From: Octopus sinensis
Taxonomy: Eukaryota
Assembly (NCBI RefSeq): GCF_006345805.1
Contig: NC_042998.1
Coordinates: 202,368,001-202,432,000, forward strand
DNA: 64,000 bases
Reading direction: 5' to 3'
The first letter of the stretch is position 1; each line of letters starts with the position of its first letter. This document shows positions 45,240-57,769 of this stretch, piece after piece. The notes below the pieces were generated by a model. That model was not told the DNA's origin. It saw nothing but the letters and a program-made list of their open reading frames with translations, and did not search any database. The position numbers and the translations under genes are program-made.

Positions 45240-45916
45240 CAACACAGAGGGGACAAACAAGGGCACACAAACGAATTAATTCGATTACATCGACCCCAGT
45301 GCGTAACTGCTATTTCTTTAATCGACCCCGAAAGGATTAAAGGCTAAATCGACCTCGGCGGAATTTGAACTCAAAATGTAACGGCAGACGAAATACTTAT
45401 TTCTTTACTACCCACAAGCGGCTAAACACAGAGTGGACAAACGGATTAAGTCGATTATATCGACCCCAGTGCGTAACTGGTACTTATTTATTTAAACGAC
45501 CCCGAAAGGATGAAAGGCAAAGTCGACATCGGCGGAATTTGAACTCAGAACGTAGCGGCAGACGAAATACCTATTTCTTTACTATCCACAAGGGGCTAAA
45601 CACAGAGAGGACAAACAAGGACAGACAAACGGATTAAATCGATTACATCGACCCCAGTGCGTAACTGGTACTTAATTTATCGACCCCGAAAGGATGAAAA
45701 GCAAAGTCGACCTCGGCGGAATTTGAACTCAGAACGTAGCGGCAGACGAAATACCTATTTCTTTACTAGCCACAAGGGGCTAAACACAGAGAGGACAAAC
45801 AAGGACAGACAAACGGATTAAATCGATTACATCGACCCCAGTGCGTAACTGGTACTTAATTTATCGACACCGAAAGGATGAAAGGCAAAGTCGACCTCAG
45901 CGGAATTTGAACTCAG
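45240..45916 (+). repeat. Tandem array of four SINE-A-derived units (~170-188 bp period)
   Basis: GATTA(C/T)ATCGACCCCAGT ends at 45300, 45470, 45658 and 45842. Confidence 0.9.
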
Positions 45917-46591
45917 GGTACGCTACTCTTATCATTCAATGCCCCTTAATAACAACATTATTCAAAATACCAACATACGTATAGCAACAAGTTCAATAAT
46001 ACAAATTTTGTTATAGCAACTATAGAAGCTTCTGAGAACTATTAAGTCAGGTGGTGAAATGCTGTAGATAAATTAGCAATGATCGATATTTTAGAGCGCT
46101 GAGTGATAAATTTATATAACCTAACACGTTCAGACTCTTGTCTGACATAATCCAAGAATGAGAATAATAAATTTTTGCTAACATGATGTATTAGAAACTT
46201 AGAACAAGCAGAGCAGAAACTTACTTTTGAAAGACTGCACTAGATTTGGCTATTGTCATTACACCTCATATTTTGAAAATTAAACGTGTAATAAAATATG
46301 TATGGCTAATATAAAGGAAAGAACGATGAACAATAAATAATGAATGGGTTCATTATTAAAATGAAGGCAGATTTTATTACTCTAAAAATAACATGACATC
46401 TAATACTAAGACATGTTCGATGCAATTAAAATGTATCTTTGGAGTTAAATTATCTAACATGCTCACACTGGCCCCAACACGCGAATTCACACTCACTTAT
46501 AAACACACTTAAGTTTATTTGATACATTTGTATGTACATATATATGTATTTGTAAGTATATATATATATAGGAACATATGCATGTATATAT

Positions 46592-46681
<90 letters not shown>

Positions 46682-47883
46682 GATAGATAGATAGATAGAT
46701 AGAGAGAAGAAAGAAAGAAAAATGAAATGAGAAAGGAAGAGAGCAAGAAGAAGAGAAATATAATAGGGAGTTGAATATAATATTAATAGCACTAATATAA
46801 AGACAAATAATTAAAGTTGAACAATTGCCTTAGATTGAAATGTCGAATTGAAATGGGAAATTACCGCTTTCCTGACAAACTTTAATTGTTTTCTGAAATA
46901 AAGATTTGATGAGCATGTAGAATATGCCTTATTTCTTCTTCACAAAATTATTCCAGCATTCCCTTAGAGTGGATTAAAATTGATTTACAGTTTAATAGAT
47001 TTTAAAATCAAATTTCCAGTAAGTATGGAATTGTAATTTGGATGATTGTTTTAAAAGCTGTGAATACGTCATATATGATTGGTAGAGCACCTTTGCAGAG
47101 AAGTTGATTTTTGTTAATCACTGACAGCGTTACACATATAATGAACGAATAGAAGGTTGATGAAAGCTAGCTAGATGTGAAGCGTTTCTTAAACTTGCTT
47201 TTCCCATCGCTACTTTTTTCTTATATTTTGCATCTTTTTCCATGGCCCTCCAGTTAAAACCTGCAGAAATAACATGAGATAGTTTTCAAATTGTGAGATG
47301 TATTTAATCTCACAAAATCGAATATAATGCTTCCCCAGTGTGAAAATTAATATTTTGGTCTAGGCACACAGGTATATGTTGTCGCGTATTGTCACTCCTC
47401 CTTAATCACAAATGAGTTCAATGGCGCAATGCTCGCATCCTCCGAATTGCATTGCTACATTTTTCTCATAATGTATATCAGTTCTTTACCACATCTTTAT
47501 AGTTACGAGCCTAAAAATAAAAGAAAAAGCAGAGACACCATCCTCATAAAAACAATAGCAAAGAGTATCGAATATCTAACAAGAAATAACTCCGCAGTGA
47601 AATGTAGGACAGGACAATATTATTCGTTATCAAACGATATTTCACTTCTTTCAGAAAGTACAAGAGATGACCACACCTATGTTTATGGTTTATTATATAT
47701 GACCTCTTACTTGCTGAACTAGTGACAGGTAAAACATTAAATAAATGTGCTAGACTGTATACTGGTGTGCATATACACAGAGAATTTTCACCGATACTAT
47801 GATAAAGATGAAAGGAATTTCAACCGTGCTTCGTGGTCTGCTACCACAACAGCACCTTTATAGGATCCAGGTAGCTCAAGACA

Positions 47884-48036
47884 TCATGAAGAGGAACCAC
47901 GTCCGGTTTCGGCCCCTACCGTTTTGACGTGGCGGGGGCCCCCACTTTCGGAGGTGTCTTCAGGTGTTGGGTGCATGTCTTCTTTCTTCTTCTTTCTTCT
48001 GTTCCCTGGCCTCTTCGATGTAGCTTCCCTTACCTC
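47884..48036 (-). other. Candidate host exon (unassigned)
   Basis: GC/CpG-rich island; acceptor TTGTTATTATTTCAG followed by an open frame EVREATSKRPGNRRKKKKEDMHPTPEDTSESGGPRHVKTVGAETGRGSSS*; no homology recognised. Confidence 0.25.
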
Positions 48037-48650
48037 CTGAAATAATAACAATGGCATTTTTCAACGATATCTTTTCTCCACACATTAAAATTATTTCTAG
48101 TTAGATTTTTAATAATCCGAATATAAAAAAAAAATGCCCAATGTCTTTTGAATATTAAAATTTGAAAAAGCGGTGTCAGATTTCTCATGTGACAAGCTAT
48201 TGAGGGTACAATGTAGCCGGATATCTAAGTCATGCAATCTTAGTTAATGTAATTATACACAGAGCGCACATATCTTATATTAGAAAGTTAAATACTTAAT
48301 TGTCTGAGACAAGCTATTGTTAATTAAAGCATAACCTTCGAGATTATTAATCTAATCTTTAGTATTCAAGCTGACAATATTTATATTTACATGATGTAAC
48401 GATCGTTTGGATGTCAAATCCTTATCAAGTGTCTTGTTTCTGGATAGCTACATGGTCCGACACAGTATTTCATATCGTTGACTTCCTTTCTGGACGGATG
48501 TATAGTAGTATTCTATAGAATACATAGGTACATAACTACATTTGTTATAGAATCATAGATTCTTTATTTTAATCTAGCCTACGACTTTCTCTATCAGAAA
48601 GGGTTTTAACCCCAGTATTTACATGCTATTAATCATAGCTTTATATGTAC

Positions 48651-49045
48651 ACTAGCAGTATCGCCCGGCGTTGCCCGGATTTGTTTAGACCCTTTAGAAT
48701 TGGAATTTTTGAAAAGTAAAAATTTTGCATTATGTAGCTTGTTATTCTCTTTAAGGGAACATTTTTCTGGTTGAAATACAGCGAAAAATGGTGACACAGC
48801 AGTCAAAAAATCGTAAAAAATAGGGATTTTCATAGAAAAAAAGCACCTTTTTTATGTAAATAATTCTTAGTGTTAACATGGTCCGATTTGATTTTTTTTC
48901 TCAAACGGAGGGAAGAGCAAGCCGTCTTCTACCATACTCTCAATTTTGGTCAACTTGCACCTCAGGGGCTCGGAGGAGATAGGGTTAGTTGAAGCCTACC
49001 AAACCTGCCATACACAGACAATTTCAGCTTTATAGAGAGAGAGAT
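48651..49045 (+). mobile_element. Non-autonomous Helitron-like element
   Basis: Starts ACTAGCAGTATCGCCCGGCGTTGCCCGG as in 8281-8680; ends GCTTTATAGAGAGAGAGAT. Confidence 0.55.
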
Positions 49046-49465
49046 TGAGATCCAAATTTAAAAAAAAAGACGCCTTCCACATTCTCTCGGATGTTTATAA
49101 ATTGTTATGACGTCAAAATAAAGGAAAATTATACATCAGCATCGGATGATTTACCCAACTTCACGTTGGGCTCAGCAAACATATTTAAAAGCCTGATTTA
49201 TTTTGCAAAATGCCTAAAATTCAATGTTGAAGTGGTATATCAAATATGACACATGTGAAAATATGTATAAAACGTATTGTGTCCGTGTGTATGTGTGTAT
49301 GTGTGTGTTTATTCGCTTTTTACGCAAGAACGGCTGCGTGATTTGATTCACTACTTGGGTTGTATGAATAATTTGACCTCTGATAATTAATAGGGTCGTC
49401 ATTTTATTACGGAGATGTACTCGCATAGCAAGTGATTTGATCTGAGAACGTGTGCTGGAACGAAA

Positions 49466-49773
49466 ACAATTGCAGCGTGGAAGGTGTTTATAAGCCATTT
49501 AAGAAACACACAAAAGCCGTTCGATTCACTTCAACATTTAAGTTTAATTTGTCAAAATATTTTCGTCGCTAAAATCCGCGACCTGTTCACTGACAAAAAT
49601 CCGTGCTGCATCTCGGATGCAGCACGGATGCAGCACGGATTTTTGTCAGTGAACAGGTCGCGGATTTTAGCGACGAAAATATTTTGACAAATTAAACTTA
49701 AATGTTGAAGTGAATCGAACGGCTTTTGTGTGTTTCTTAAATGGCTTACAAACACCTTCCACGCTGCAATTGT
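49466..49773. repeat. Near-perfect palindrome with ~147 bp arms
   Basis: 49466-49612 versus 49627-49773, one mismatch seen; 11 bp duplication at the centre. Confidence 0.95.
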
Positions 49774-50155
49774 CATTCTATTTCTTTGTTTAAAAAAATA
49801 ATAGTGTTTTATATATATATATATATATATGACATATTAGGGCATGTGCAAGAGGTTGGATCTGGCTGGTTTGACCATAAAACAAACAGGTTATTTGGGT
49901 TGGATACAGCCAGTTTGAAATCTAAAAGGGTTAACATTATCGTCTATAATTATCTAATCCAAATAGGATATGACAAATATGTTAAGCCTGAATAGAAAGT
50001 TTTAGAAAACTCAAAAACAAAACAGAATCCAAGGAGATTTTTGGTGGTCATCACTGGCAAGACTTGTATTATTTGGAAAACATGGCTGAAAATGTCCTAT
50101 AAATTTTACCCCTAAGAAGGATTCTATCCAGAATGATGGATATTCCACTTCTCAC

Positions 50156-51564
50156 AGATGAAACCTTAGCGACTGAAGAAGGGGATTTTTCGTTGCGCTT
50201 ATTGTCCTGTATCCCTTTTTTTGCTTGTCTTGTTCCTTGGTTTGTGTCTATGTTTTTCGTCTCTCTATTTGTTCGACGTCTTTTTGGTGTCCTGTACACA
50301 TATATGCGTGTATATGTACATGTAGAGGTAGGTACGTACATATATGTTTATATATATGCATATGTTCTATTTTATTAACATATTATACGACTAAACGCAC
50401 GCACCCTATTAAGTAAGATTGTTCTGTTTATCAAGTTAGCCTTGATATTAACTCTCACGCGACTCTGCATCTTTCTTTCTTTCTCTCCCATTCCCTTTTT
50501 CGTCTTTTTTCCTCACTTAACTTGTCTCTTCCTCTCTCTCTCATTCTTCATTCTCTCTCTCCCTTTCACCATTCTTCATGGTCTCCTCGCACCATTCCCC
50601 TTCTTCTCTCTCTTCCTCTTGCTCCTCCTCCCCCATTCCCGTCGTCCATCTGCGACGATACTTCCGTCGTAACTGCTATCCTGTCTTTTCTCGCCCGCCT
50701 TCTAAGGCTACTGGTCGACATTTTTTCTCTCTCGTCGTCCACTTTAATCTAGCGTTTGCAATACTTTTTCGTCTGGCGTTATCTTGTTCTCCTTGTCCTG
50801 TCTCTCACTGTTATATATTTATTTTTCCACTGTTCCACTGTTTATATATATATTTTTTACTGTTTATATGTTTGTACTGTCGTTACCGTCTTGCTTTTTT
50901 TACCCCTCTGCGAAAAGATCTCAGAATTTTAATTGATTTGCTTTTCGTAGGAAGGAAGTTTTCTTCGAAGTATACGTCTCGCTTTTATCCTTCGAAACGT
51001 TTAGTAGATGAAACCTTAGCGACTGAAGAAGGGGATTTTTCGTTGCGCTTATTGTCCTGTATCCCTTTTTTTGCTTGTCTTGTTCCTTGGTTTGTGTCTA
51101 TGTTTTTCGTCTCTCTATGTGTTCGACGTCTTTTTGGTGTCCTGTACACATATATGCGTGTATATGTACATGTAGAGGTAGGTACGTACATATATGTTTA
51201 TATATATGCATATGTTCTATTTTATTAACATATTATACGACTAAACGCACGCACCCTATTAAGTAAGATTGTTCTGTTTATCAAGTTAGCCTTGATATTA
51301 ACTCTCACGCGACTCTGCATCTTTCTTTCTTTCTCTCCCATTCCCTTTTTCGTCTTTTTTCCCTCACTTAACTTGTCTCTTCCTCTCTCTCTCATTCTTC
51401 ATTCTCTCTCTCCCTTTCACCATTCTTCATGGTCTCCTCGCACCATTCCCCTTCTTCTCTCTCTTCCTCTTGCTCCTCCTCCCCCATTCCCGTCGTCCAT
51501 CTGCGACGATACTTCCGTCGTAACTGCTATCCTGTCTTTTCTCGCCCGCCTTCTAAGGCTACTG
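50156..51564. repeat. Direct repeat pair of ~558 bp (50156-50713 and 51006-51564)
   Basis: Near-identical copies 850 bp apart; related sequence on the minus strand at ~25400-25620. Confidence 0.92.
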
Positions 51565-52079
51565 CTATCTGTGTACGCCGTTATGTATACAATATGCCGT
51601 TGATGAATATCCACATTTTAACTGCTTCTATTTCATTTCAATCGCATTGTTTTTAGGTTCATGGAGAAAATACGAGAAAGTCACAGCGTCTTGTATATTT
51701 TTAGCTTGAGAATATCACTCTTCACGTTCCTCATAGAAATATAACGCTTTCTCGTACCAAAACAATTTTTACAGCTACTTTCATCGCTTACAATCTTCTG
51801 TACAGGGGTATTTTCTATATCAGTAAATATCCATGCTAGAAAAGAGGTGTCAAATTTGACTCCGGTGTCAAGCTCAGTCAAAAGGGTGTCTCTGTCGATG
51901 GAAAGAGAGATAGCTGAAAAGGGGAATGACGCCAAGAAAGGAACAGACTGTGCGCTACAGTAGCCAGAGTATCTGAGTTTGATGGGACAAGTGTTGTGCA
52001 TAAAAAATACAGTTGCGTACTGGTACTGTCCGAGCATCTCAAGGTACTGAACACAAGTATGCAGGCCTGACAAGGAATA

Positions 52080-53225
52080 GAATCTCCACTGCAATGATAC
52101 TGGTGTATTCTTCTTCTTAGTTGCTCCTTGAGGCACAGGAAAGACATCATTGATCAACCTGCTCTTTGCCAAGGTGAGACAAAGGAAGAAGATTGCTCTG
52201 GCTGATGCATCCTCTGAAATTGCAGCCACACACCTAACAGGTGGAAGAGCAGCCCGTTCAACATTCAATCTGTCTCTGAACCTGATCCAAAATGAATCTC
52301 CATTATACAACATATCGTAGAATACAGTGTCAGCTAAGCTCCGTACAGATGCCTAACTCATAGTCTGGGATAAGGCAACAATATCTCATTAGACAGCCTT
52401 TGAAGCTCTTAGAACACTACAAGATTTCAGAAACAAAATCATGGGTGGTGTCATTCTCCTTGTGGCTGTTAACGTCAGAAAAGCTGTCTGTCACTCCCAG
52501 TGGAACAAAGTCAGATGAGCTGAGAGCTTGCATCAAGTCCTCATATATCTGGCAACATGTCAAGCAGCTTACTCTGATATGAGAGTTCACATTCATGATG
52601 ACACATTAGCTACAGAGTTCTCCAAGACGCTACTTTACATTGGAAATGGAAAACTTACACAGGGTCCAGAAGATAGTCGGTGCCACCTCCCATGTGGCAT
52701 TATGACTGCCTCCCTTGAAGAACTAAAGAGCAAGGTCTTTCCAAATCTTGCCACAAACTACAAAAGTCACAAGTGGCTATGTGAAAGAACAATTCGGGCA
52801 GCAATGGATGATGCTGTAGACAAGATGAATCTAAGTTTGTTGTCTCAGCTTCCAGGAGCTGAATGTTCATATAGATCAGTTGACTCTGTCCCTGATCAAG
52901 AACAGGCAATGTATTACCCAGTAGAGTTCCTCAATTCTCTTCAACCACTAGAATTTCCACCACACATTCTGATCATAAACGCAGGTGCTCCCATAATGCT
53001 GGTAAGAAAACTTGATGGACCCAGACTCTGCAATGGAAGAAGGTTGGTTGTTAAAACGTTCATATCCCATGTGTTGGAAGCAGCGATGATTGCAAGCAAC
53101 ATGATGTGGGAGAATGTCTTCATTCCAAGTATTGATCTTTGCAATATCTATCAACAAGATCAAGCTTTAAACGTGTTGGGACTTAACTTCCTTCAGCCAT
53201 GCTTCTCACATGGTCATGCAAAGAA
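52080..53225 (+). mobile_element. Helitron PIF1-family helicase remnant
   Basis: GVFFFLVAP*GTGKTSLINLL (Walker A), ALADASSEIAATHLTGGRAARSTF, YPVEFLNSL, PIMLVRKLDGPRLCNGRRL, QPCFSHGH. Confidence 0.88.
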
Positions 53226-54276
53226 AAATACTCAGACAACTTTTAATACAAGTCTATTGCCTTCACACAATCCTTAGGCTTCGTCCTCCCCCTATTCTCT
53301 TTTCTTGTTTTTCCCTTTCCTTTGATTTTGCAGTGTTTACACCCTTCCACCTTTTACATCTATTTTCTTCTCGCTTTTCTCGTATTTTCACTTATTCTTT
53401 CGTCCTGTTTTAACTTGTTATGACATGTCGACAGAGCTTGAAATCTGCGTGAAATAGATAAAATGTGTGTTTGTGTTTGTGTGTGTGTTTGTGTTTGTGT
53501 GTGTGGTTGTGTGTATGTGTGGTGTGTGTGTTGTGTGTGTGTTTGTGTGTGTTTGTGTGTGTTTTTTTGTGTGTGTGTGTTTGTGTGTTTGTGTGTGTGC
53601 GTATGTTTGTTAGCTTGACATTGCGTCGTTTACATTCCTGTAAGTATGTGAAGAATTCCCAGACGTTCGACAAAGGTTCTTATATATACACGTGTATTGT
53701 GTGTGTGTGTGTGTGTGTGTGTATTACACACGTGCACATATAGTAATTAAGTTTGTAATGAAGAACGTATGTGAAAGCAAAGTGAAAATTTTATATAAAT
53801 ATTGTAAATATTCTAAATATAAAATAAAAGTTATGAAAACTATACGACCTTACATAATGGCGCATCATAAGTTTGCTCCATGTCAAATAATCTATGCACT
53901 GCATATTGTTGTTTGGTGCCAATTTGACAATCACCTGTAATATGCACAAGAGTAAATATTTATCATATATTATATTATTGTCTATTCGTATAAACTTTTG
54001 TATGTATTTGGAAGGTATTAAAAAATAGTTGAGATTTGTAATCGCAGATATATTACTTATATAGAGCGGATAATAATTAAACTTCAGGCTAAATCAACGT
54101 CAAGTCTGAAGATTTCATCATATTTATCATAATATTTATTTTCGCTCCCCAGTTAATATTGATATGACAAGTATCATAAGATTATGGCTAGGCTCAAATA
54201 TAGGTAGTTGATGAGATGATGGTAAGAATAACAGTGTTTAAGAAATTCTCATTACAGCATGCTGTTATTTATAATA

Positions 54277-54600
54277 ATGAAATTATTGTATACAGTGCTC
54301 AGGTGCACCACAACTTGTCAAAAGTGCATATAAAGCATATGCAGTAATGTAGAAATGTCTGAAAAGCGAACAGTGTATGAGTCAGATACATGCTTGCGAG
54401 TGTATGGAGGGGAGAAAATCAGGTGTAGTGTTGGCGAATCTCAGGAAGCATGGACGTTTTGAAGGATGCAGTGCTCCGACAACTAACAACTGATGTCGGC
54501 AGTTTGTTCCATACTTCAGCAACTCTTAGCGTGAAAAAACGTTTCCGAAAGTCATGGGAGCTGTGCTGTTTTCTGACTTTGTATACATGTCCACAGGTGT
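54277..54600 (-). mobile_element. CR1/L2-like LINE 3' end, copy 1
   Basis: RKQHSSHDFRKRFFTLRVAEVWNKLPTSVVSCRSTASFK*-type C-terminus. Confidence 0.75.
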
Positions 54601-54670
<70 letters not shown>

Positions 54671-54674
<4 letters not shown>

Positions 54675-54968
54675 AATCATTGTATACAGTGCTCAGGTGC
54701 AACAACTTGTCAAAAGTGCGTATAAAGCATATGCAGTAATGTACAAGTGTCTGGAAAGCGAACAGTGTATGAGTCAGATCCATGCTTGCATGTGTATGGA
54801 GGGGAGAAAATCAGGTGTAATGTTGGCGAATCTCAGGAAGCATGGAAGTTTTGAAGGATGCAGTGCTCCGACAACTAACAACTGATGACGGCAGTTTGTT
54901 CCATGCTTCAGTAACACTTAGCGTGAAAAAATGTTTCCGAAAGTTATGGAAGCTGTGCTGTTTTCTGA
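54671..54968 (-). mobile_element. CR1/L2-like LINE 3' end, copy 2, with (ATT)n tail at 54602-54670
   Basis: Highly similar to copy 1 by eye, with scattered substitutions. Confidence 0.75.
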
Positions 54969-55630
54969 ATTTTTTCAGGAGAATTGTCTGTCTTCCGTAT
55001 TTTTAGTCGAGCGACGCCTTGTAAATTTGATGAGATAGACGAAAAACTGTTGAAGCCTGTCGATTGGATTCGTCGGTAAATTTAACATTTACTCGGCTTA
55101 ACTTTTCCTTTTCACTCCAGTGCGCCTTTGGTGGAATCCACTATACTTTAATCAATACAGCTGTGACAGCAGTTTGAAATTTTTCTGTGAATCGTCCTTT
55201 TACACATAATTTTTCGGCACACATTTTACAGGCCATGAATGTTACCATCCCATATCAGATTACGACATAAATATAACACCGTACATAGTGATGAAAGGTC
55301 ATACTCCAGAGTAGCAATGAATGTATTAGGGTGAGTGTATGAACGAAAAATTAGACAAAACTATATCAGTACCTCAATATGATTTTACCGGTTGACTCTG
55401 CTCGATGAAACAATTTACTAAAGAATTAACCTGTTTTATTAAAAATAAATGTAACATAAATGAATGCGTGTGTGTTTGTGTGTTTGTGCATCAGTGAGTG
55501 CTGGTGAGGGTATCAATATAGGTGCACAACCATATATTTATACATATAGATAAACACATCTAGTCAACACAACCACACTCTCATAAATATTACAGTATAC
55601 AGTATACACATTTGAGTAGGTATATAAGTA

Positions 55631-55696
<66 letters not shown>

Positions 55697-55729
55697 CACA
55701 TATATATATATATTATATGTATATATATG

Positions 55730-55762
<33 letters not shown>

Positions 55763-55787
55763 GTATATATATATATGTGTATATATA

Positions 55788-55823
<36 letters not shown>

Positions 55824-56662
55824 TATGAACATTTATACTACATACTAAAGACATACTATCTCCATTAAACCTTATAAACACTATTCGGCTTCCTACTCTA
55901 TATAACTATATTATAAATATATCTATCACAGGTCTACTATGTCTGCTTGTAACCACTCAGACACTCACATACACATCCGCATATGACTGTGGCTGAATAA
56001 CGCTGCGCACAATTGTATGTAGATGTGTGAGCATTTACCCGTAAGCTGGGAGAGTATGACAGCGGAAGAGCGAGTGAGAGAAGGAAATTGAGAAGGAGAG
56101 CAACTTGTCTCTGGTCAAAATTCAATTACTTTGCACAACACATATAACTGACAACCACAAATAGAAAAGTAACAAAGATACAAAATACAAACTGAAAAAT
56201 ATATGGAAAACCATAAAATCTGACATGACAAGAACCCATCAGTTGGGCCACCTTGGTTGGTAATCAACTGTGAATGTCAATATATACTAGAGTTTTTATA
56301 AAATATTTTTATAAAGTTTTCTCTCAAAGTTTTGTTCGCTTCTCACTCCTGCATGAAATGTATGGTAAGATTGAGCCAACATACCAGCGTTTACATGGTC
56401 AGCCACCCTACTAGAAAAAGCAGCTGAATCTCCTAAATCGTACATTATATGCTAAAAGTGAAATATGCACATTGGATAACGTAGATCAAGGTGAATGAAT
56501 GCCTAAATGAGAAGTGCTGATCAGGTTTGGAATGTCTATGGCTATATGGACATTTGATCACGTTCGACCAGAGATAAATGACAAGAAAAACAACAAAATT
56601 TATAATATACAATAAATCTGTAAAAATACATACACATATGCGCGCACAGACAAGCACATGTA

Positions 56663-57217
56663 CAGGGTCAGGCAAAATGATCTGACACATTTGTAGGTTA
56701 AATAAAAGGCAAATGAAGTAAAGAAACAAAAAAGTGTTTTTACTTTTGAAAAGTACATATAATGCCATTTTGTTTCATTATATTTTAAAAATTAAATCAG
56801 TCAAATGGGATCCATTATTGTCCACACACTGTCGAAGTGGTTCACGAAAGTTGTCAATAACTCGGCGGGTCATTTCATGTGGAATGGCAGTAATTTCTTG
56901 ACGAATTGCATCTTTAAGTTCTGGCGGTGCGAGGTCGGTCGGTTGATTTTCGTTTCAATGCAGATCCAGTAGCTCTGAAGTTGGTAACCCATAACAAGAT
57001 CGTGTTTCGAGCTGGTACGGGATCATGTCTACCAAGATTGAAGTGCAAACGGAACGCTCTTTGTGTTGCAGTTACAGAATCGTTTGTTTTGATAAACGTT
57101 TCCACAATGAAAGCGCGATGCTCACCAGTCCAATTCATGGCAGCAACTGAAAAAGAAACGAAAAACAATGCCTTTTATTTGACCTTCAAATGTGTCAGAT
57201 CATTTTGCCTGACCCTG
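56663..57217 (-). mobile_element. Internally deleted Tc1/mariner element with intact TIRs and TA TSD
   Basis: TIR CAGGGTCAGGCAAAATGATCTGACACATTTG at both ends, flanked by TA; N-terminus MNWTGEHRAFIVETF... joined to C-terminus ELKDAIRQEITAIP...CVDNNGSHL. Confidence 0.92.
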
Positions 57218-57769
57218 TATATGTTATTTTATCTTTTGTTTCAGTCATAGACAGCGGCCGTGCTGGGGTATCACCTTGAAGATTTTTTAGCCGAATGGGT
57301 CGACTCCAGTCTTTTTTTTTAAGCCGGGACTGTTCAACTTCGCTTGTCCCGCATGTGAAACTTTCATCTGAACTTACGCCTCGCTAAAAATAGCGCCATT
57401 AGTTAGTTCAAAACAAATGAGTCTCAGAATAGAATATTGATTAAATTATCTGCTATGATAATACTGCTAAACATGTAAATATTCAAGATATGAATCACGG
57501 AAACTTATAACAGCTCACCGATATTGTCCAACGTCGGCTCCATATAGGTTCTTTCTTCTCGGCCTGGAGAGTCTAAGAATATTTTCACTCAGGCCCTCCT
57601 GTATTCTTCCCCTATCCTTTTTTATCACCATACTCTATTCCTCGGGAACCACACAAAATACTCTACCCTCCCTCCTCCCCGGAACAACGGTCCAATAGAA
57701 TTCCCTCACAATTGATATTATCATACAGCTGACATTTTACATATATTCGAAATGCAAATTGACACGCTA

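Noticed and set aside
45240-45916. CRISPR-like array
   Set aside because: No unique spacers, units are SINE-derived, and the context is eukaryotic with no cas genes
50985-51040. Possible type II hammerhead (CCTTCGAAACGTT...CTGAAGAAGG)
   Set aside because: Helix I pairs poorly and the first repeat copy lacks the GAAAC half
51681-52313. 210 aa minus-strand ORF
   Set aside because: It is antisense to the Helitron helicase remnant and has no recognisable domain
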